Origin: a virus
Length of the DNA: 64,000 bases
Virus record (IMG/VR): IMGVR_UViG_3300042469_000981
Strand: one strand, 5' to 3'
Below the pieces are notes generated by a model. The model was not told the origin of the DNA. It did no database searches and saw only the letters and a program-made list of their open reading frames with translations. Numbering within the stretch: the first letter of the stretch is position 1; each line of letters opens with the position of its first letter. The position numbers and the translations under genes were made by a program. Below are positions 62,313-64,000 of this stretch, in pieces.

Positions 62313-62792
62313 TTATTTAATAATACCTGCTCTATGTAACCACTGACGGTTAATATATTCTTTAAGTTCAGTATCATCTTCTTCAGTTTTTACTTCTGAA
62401 GTTGGTTCTGTGTTTCTAATTTGGTCTAATAAAGTGCCTACAAAGTATTGTCTACCTTTATTCATATCAAGAGTAACCCATTTATCTTCTAACCAAACAT
62501 AAACAACCTCCGCACCTTTTCCCTTAGCATAATAATATAATTCACTAAATAAATCTTCTGGTTCATCATCTGTGATTTGTACTGCACCACCTTTATCATA
62601 GCGTTCTACCTCTCCAGTTTCAGAATCAATAAATCTAATATCATTACCGTTCATTACTAAATCCTCAGCTTCAGAATCTGAATTGAAGTATTCTGGGAGT
62701 ACTTTATTTAAGTCAGAGTCTGATGCATAATGGATATAAATTGAAAATATTGAATTTGAATCTGCTAAATAAGCTATTTGTCCTCTTGTCAT
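62313..62792 (-). CDS. Acidic hypothetical protein with C-terminal HRAGII motif
   Basis: 159 aa; class II box upstream. Confidence 0.7.
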   Translation of the reverse strand: MTRGQIAYLADSNSIFSIYIHYASDSDLNKVLPEYFNSDSEAEDLVMNGNDIRFIDSETGEVERYDKGGAVQITDDEPEDLFSELYYYAKGKGAEVVYVWLEDKWVTLDMNKGRQYFVGTLLDQIRNTEPTSEVKTEEDDTELKEYINRQWLHRAGIIK

Positions 62793-62818
62793 AATTTTAT
62801 TATAAATATGCTAAATTT

Positions 62819-63043
62819 TTAAAGTTTGTATTTAGATTGCCATTTTTGAATAAATATTTCACCTAAACCTACCTCAAGCCAAATAGCTGCTTCTGGTATA
62901 CCTGGCAGTTTACATTTAGGGTCAATTACTTCATCAACATTTTTGTTTTTGAATATTTTCATTTTGGTTTGAGCATTTGACCTATTAGAGGTTTTAAATA
63001 CTACAATAACTGGATCGTCTACATATGATTTACTTCTAGCCAT
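62819..63043 (-). CDS. Hypothetical protein
   Basis: 74 aa ORF. Confidence 0.65.
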   Translation of the reverse strand: MARSKSYVDDPVIVVFKTSNRSNAQTKMKIFKNKNVDEVIDPKCKLPGIPEAAIWLEVGLGEIFIQKWQSKYKL

Positions 63044-63261
63044 TATCTATACATTATAATAAAATCTCCAAAGTGATGGTCCATAACTTGAATCAACCAT
63101 TCATAGTCTGCACTTGTCATCTCGCTATGAATTATATCCCAATCTTTATTTAATTTATGAGATAAGTCCTTAGCAATAGATAATAATACAAAAGCATTAC
63201 CATCAGGACCTAATAAATCAATTTCAATTTTATCTTTTTTAGGACGTCTACTTGTTATCAT
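63043..63261 (-). CDS. Hypothetical phage protein (LLGPDGNAF)
   Basis: 72 aa ORF. Confidence 0.7.
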   Translation of the reverse strand: MITSRRPKKDKIEIDLLGPDGNAFVLLSIAKDLSHKLNKDWDIIHSEMTSADYEWLIQVMDHHFGDFIIMYR

Positions 63262-63731
63262 TTGCTTAATTGTTTTCTAACTTCTTGAACATGTTTACAA
63301 CCTTTACTTCTATCTTTACATCTAAAAAAACCACTACAGTTACAAGTTAATTTATCACCTTGTTTAGTAACCTTATAAAATAAACCTTTTTCACTTGATG
63401 ATTCAAATTTCCAAGTTTCTTTATTAACTGGTGCTTCTACTTTAACTGGTTTAATCCATTCAATATCCTCTAATGTAGTTTCAGAATGAACTTCTTGCCA
63501 AGTAGGAACAATAAATTTCTTACCTGATACAGGTGAAACAAATAATGTTGGAGGTAATTGTGGATGCTCATAAGTGTATTTAAATACATAAACACCATTA
63601 CTAATAATACTCTTAGATGGTTTGAAACCATAAGATGTAGTTTTAGAATATTTAAGGAACTTATTAGTATAAGTAATTTCTTGACCTAAAATATTTACTT
63701 TATGTGTTTCAATTATTCTATGTAATGCCAT
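63258..63731 (-). CDS. SWIM zinc-finger protein
   Basis: YKV...TCNC.GF...CKH. Confidence 0.75.
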   Translation of the reverse strand: MALHRIIETHKVNILGQEITYTNKFLKYSKTTSYGFKPSKSIISNGVYVFKYTYEHPQLPPTLFVSPVSGKKFIVPTWQEVHSETTLEDIEWIKPVKVEAPVNKETWKFESSSEKGLFYKVTKQGDKLTCNCSGFFRCKDRSKGCKHVQEVRKQLSK

Positions 63732-63753
63732 AACCTTTATTTTTATTATGACA

Positions 63754-63784
63754 TAAATATAACAAATGTGTTTTACGAGGCCAA
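63754..63784 (-). promoter_or_regulatory. Class I promoter
   Basis: TTGG-N19-TATATTTA. Confidence 0.85.
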
Positions 63785-63967
63785 ACCCTTCTTTTTTTCC
63801 TTAGTAAGGATTTCTTTCTTATAATATTCAACCACCATTTGATAGTCTAAAGTAAGAGCAATACATAAACTTTCTAATGCCTCCCAATCATTAATAGCTA
63901 TTTGAACCATTAAATCATCTGGGAGGCTTTGAAAGAATTCTATTGTTCCACTATTATTAGTCTTCAT
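63773..63967 (-). CDS. Hypothetical protein
   Basis: 64 aa ORF. Confidence 0.6.
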   Translation of the reverse strand: MKTNNSGTIEFFQSLPDDLMVQIAINDWEALESLCIALTLDYQMVVEYYKKEILTKEKKKGLAS

Positions 63968-64000
63968 TAAGGATTTCTTTCAACCATTCAGGTTGTTTTT

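Noticed and set aside
17253-62808. T4 late promoter TATAAATA on the plus strand implying antisense transcription
   Set aside because: No plus-strand genes follow, and the motif sits just upstream of minus-strand starts, so it is read as sense ATATTTAT
41357-63784. CRISPR-like array (conserved flanks with variable 19-nt interior)
   Set aside because: Copies are dispersed one per gene start rather than tandem; these are promoters. No cas genes or regular repeat-spacer array were seen
1-64000. Stop-codon reassignment as in some jumbo phages
   Set aside because: Genes tile densely under the standard code, and TAG (29231) and TGA (13085) act as normal stops

Overview
64 kb of an AT-rich large myovirus-type phage genome. 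Every credible gene is on the minus strand and no recoding of stop codons is evident. The host is inferred to be Bacteroidota, from two T9SS-type C-terminal tails, a TTGG-N19-TATATTTA promoter family resembling the Bacteroidetes -33/-7 consensus, and an Hc1-like protein. Layout by coordinate: 1-12.3 kb, modular acidic proteins and enzymes with recurrent hydrophobic-x-Glu leader/junction motifs (putative capsid-packaged cargo); 12.3-14.5 kb, exonuclease, primase and GIY-YIG nuclease; 14.5-28.9 kb, baseplate/tail genes (gp6-, gp25-, gp5-like); 29-33.7 kb, gp55-like sigma factor, HD hydrolase, GH19 endolysin and holins; 33.7-39.8 kb, a seven-gene envelope/secretion-like cluster; 39.9-41.3 kb, seven tRNAs; 41.4-64 kb, early/accessory genes (DUF932, AAA+/vWA pair, RadA-like ATPase, Smr, homing endonuclease, thyA, SGNH hydrolase, many short ORFs). 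The seven-gene cluster encodes a CsgG-like lipoprotein, a candidate outer-membrane beta-barrel, a cohesin/dockerin-like T9SS cargo, a C-type lectin with the same dockerin-like module, and a zincin. It is the strongest candidate for an undescribed system, followed by the leader-tagged cargo polyproteins and a hairpin-gated late promoter on the homing endonuclease. All family assignments are motif recognition by eye; no searches were run.
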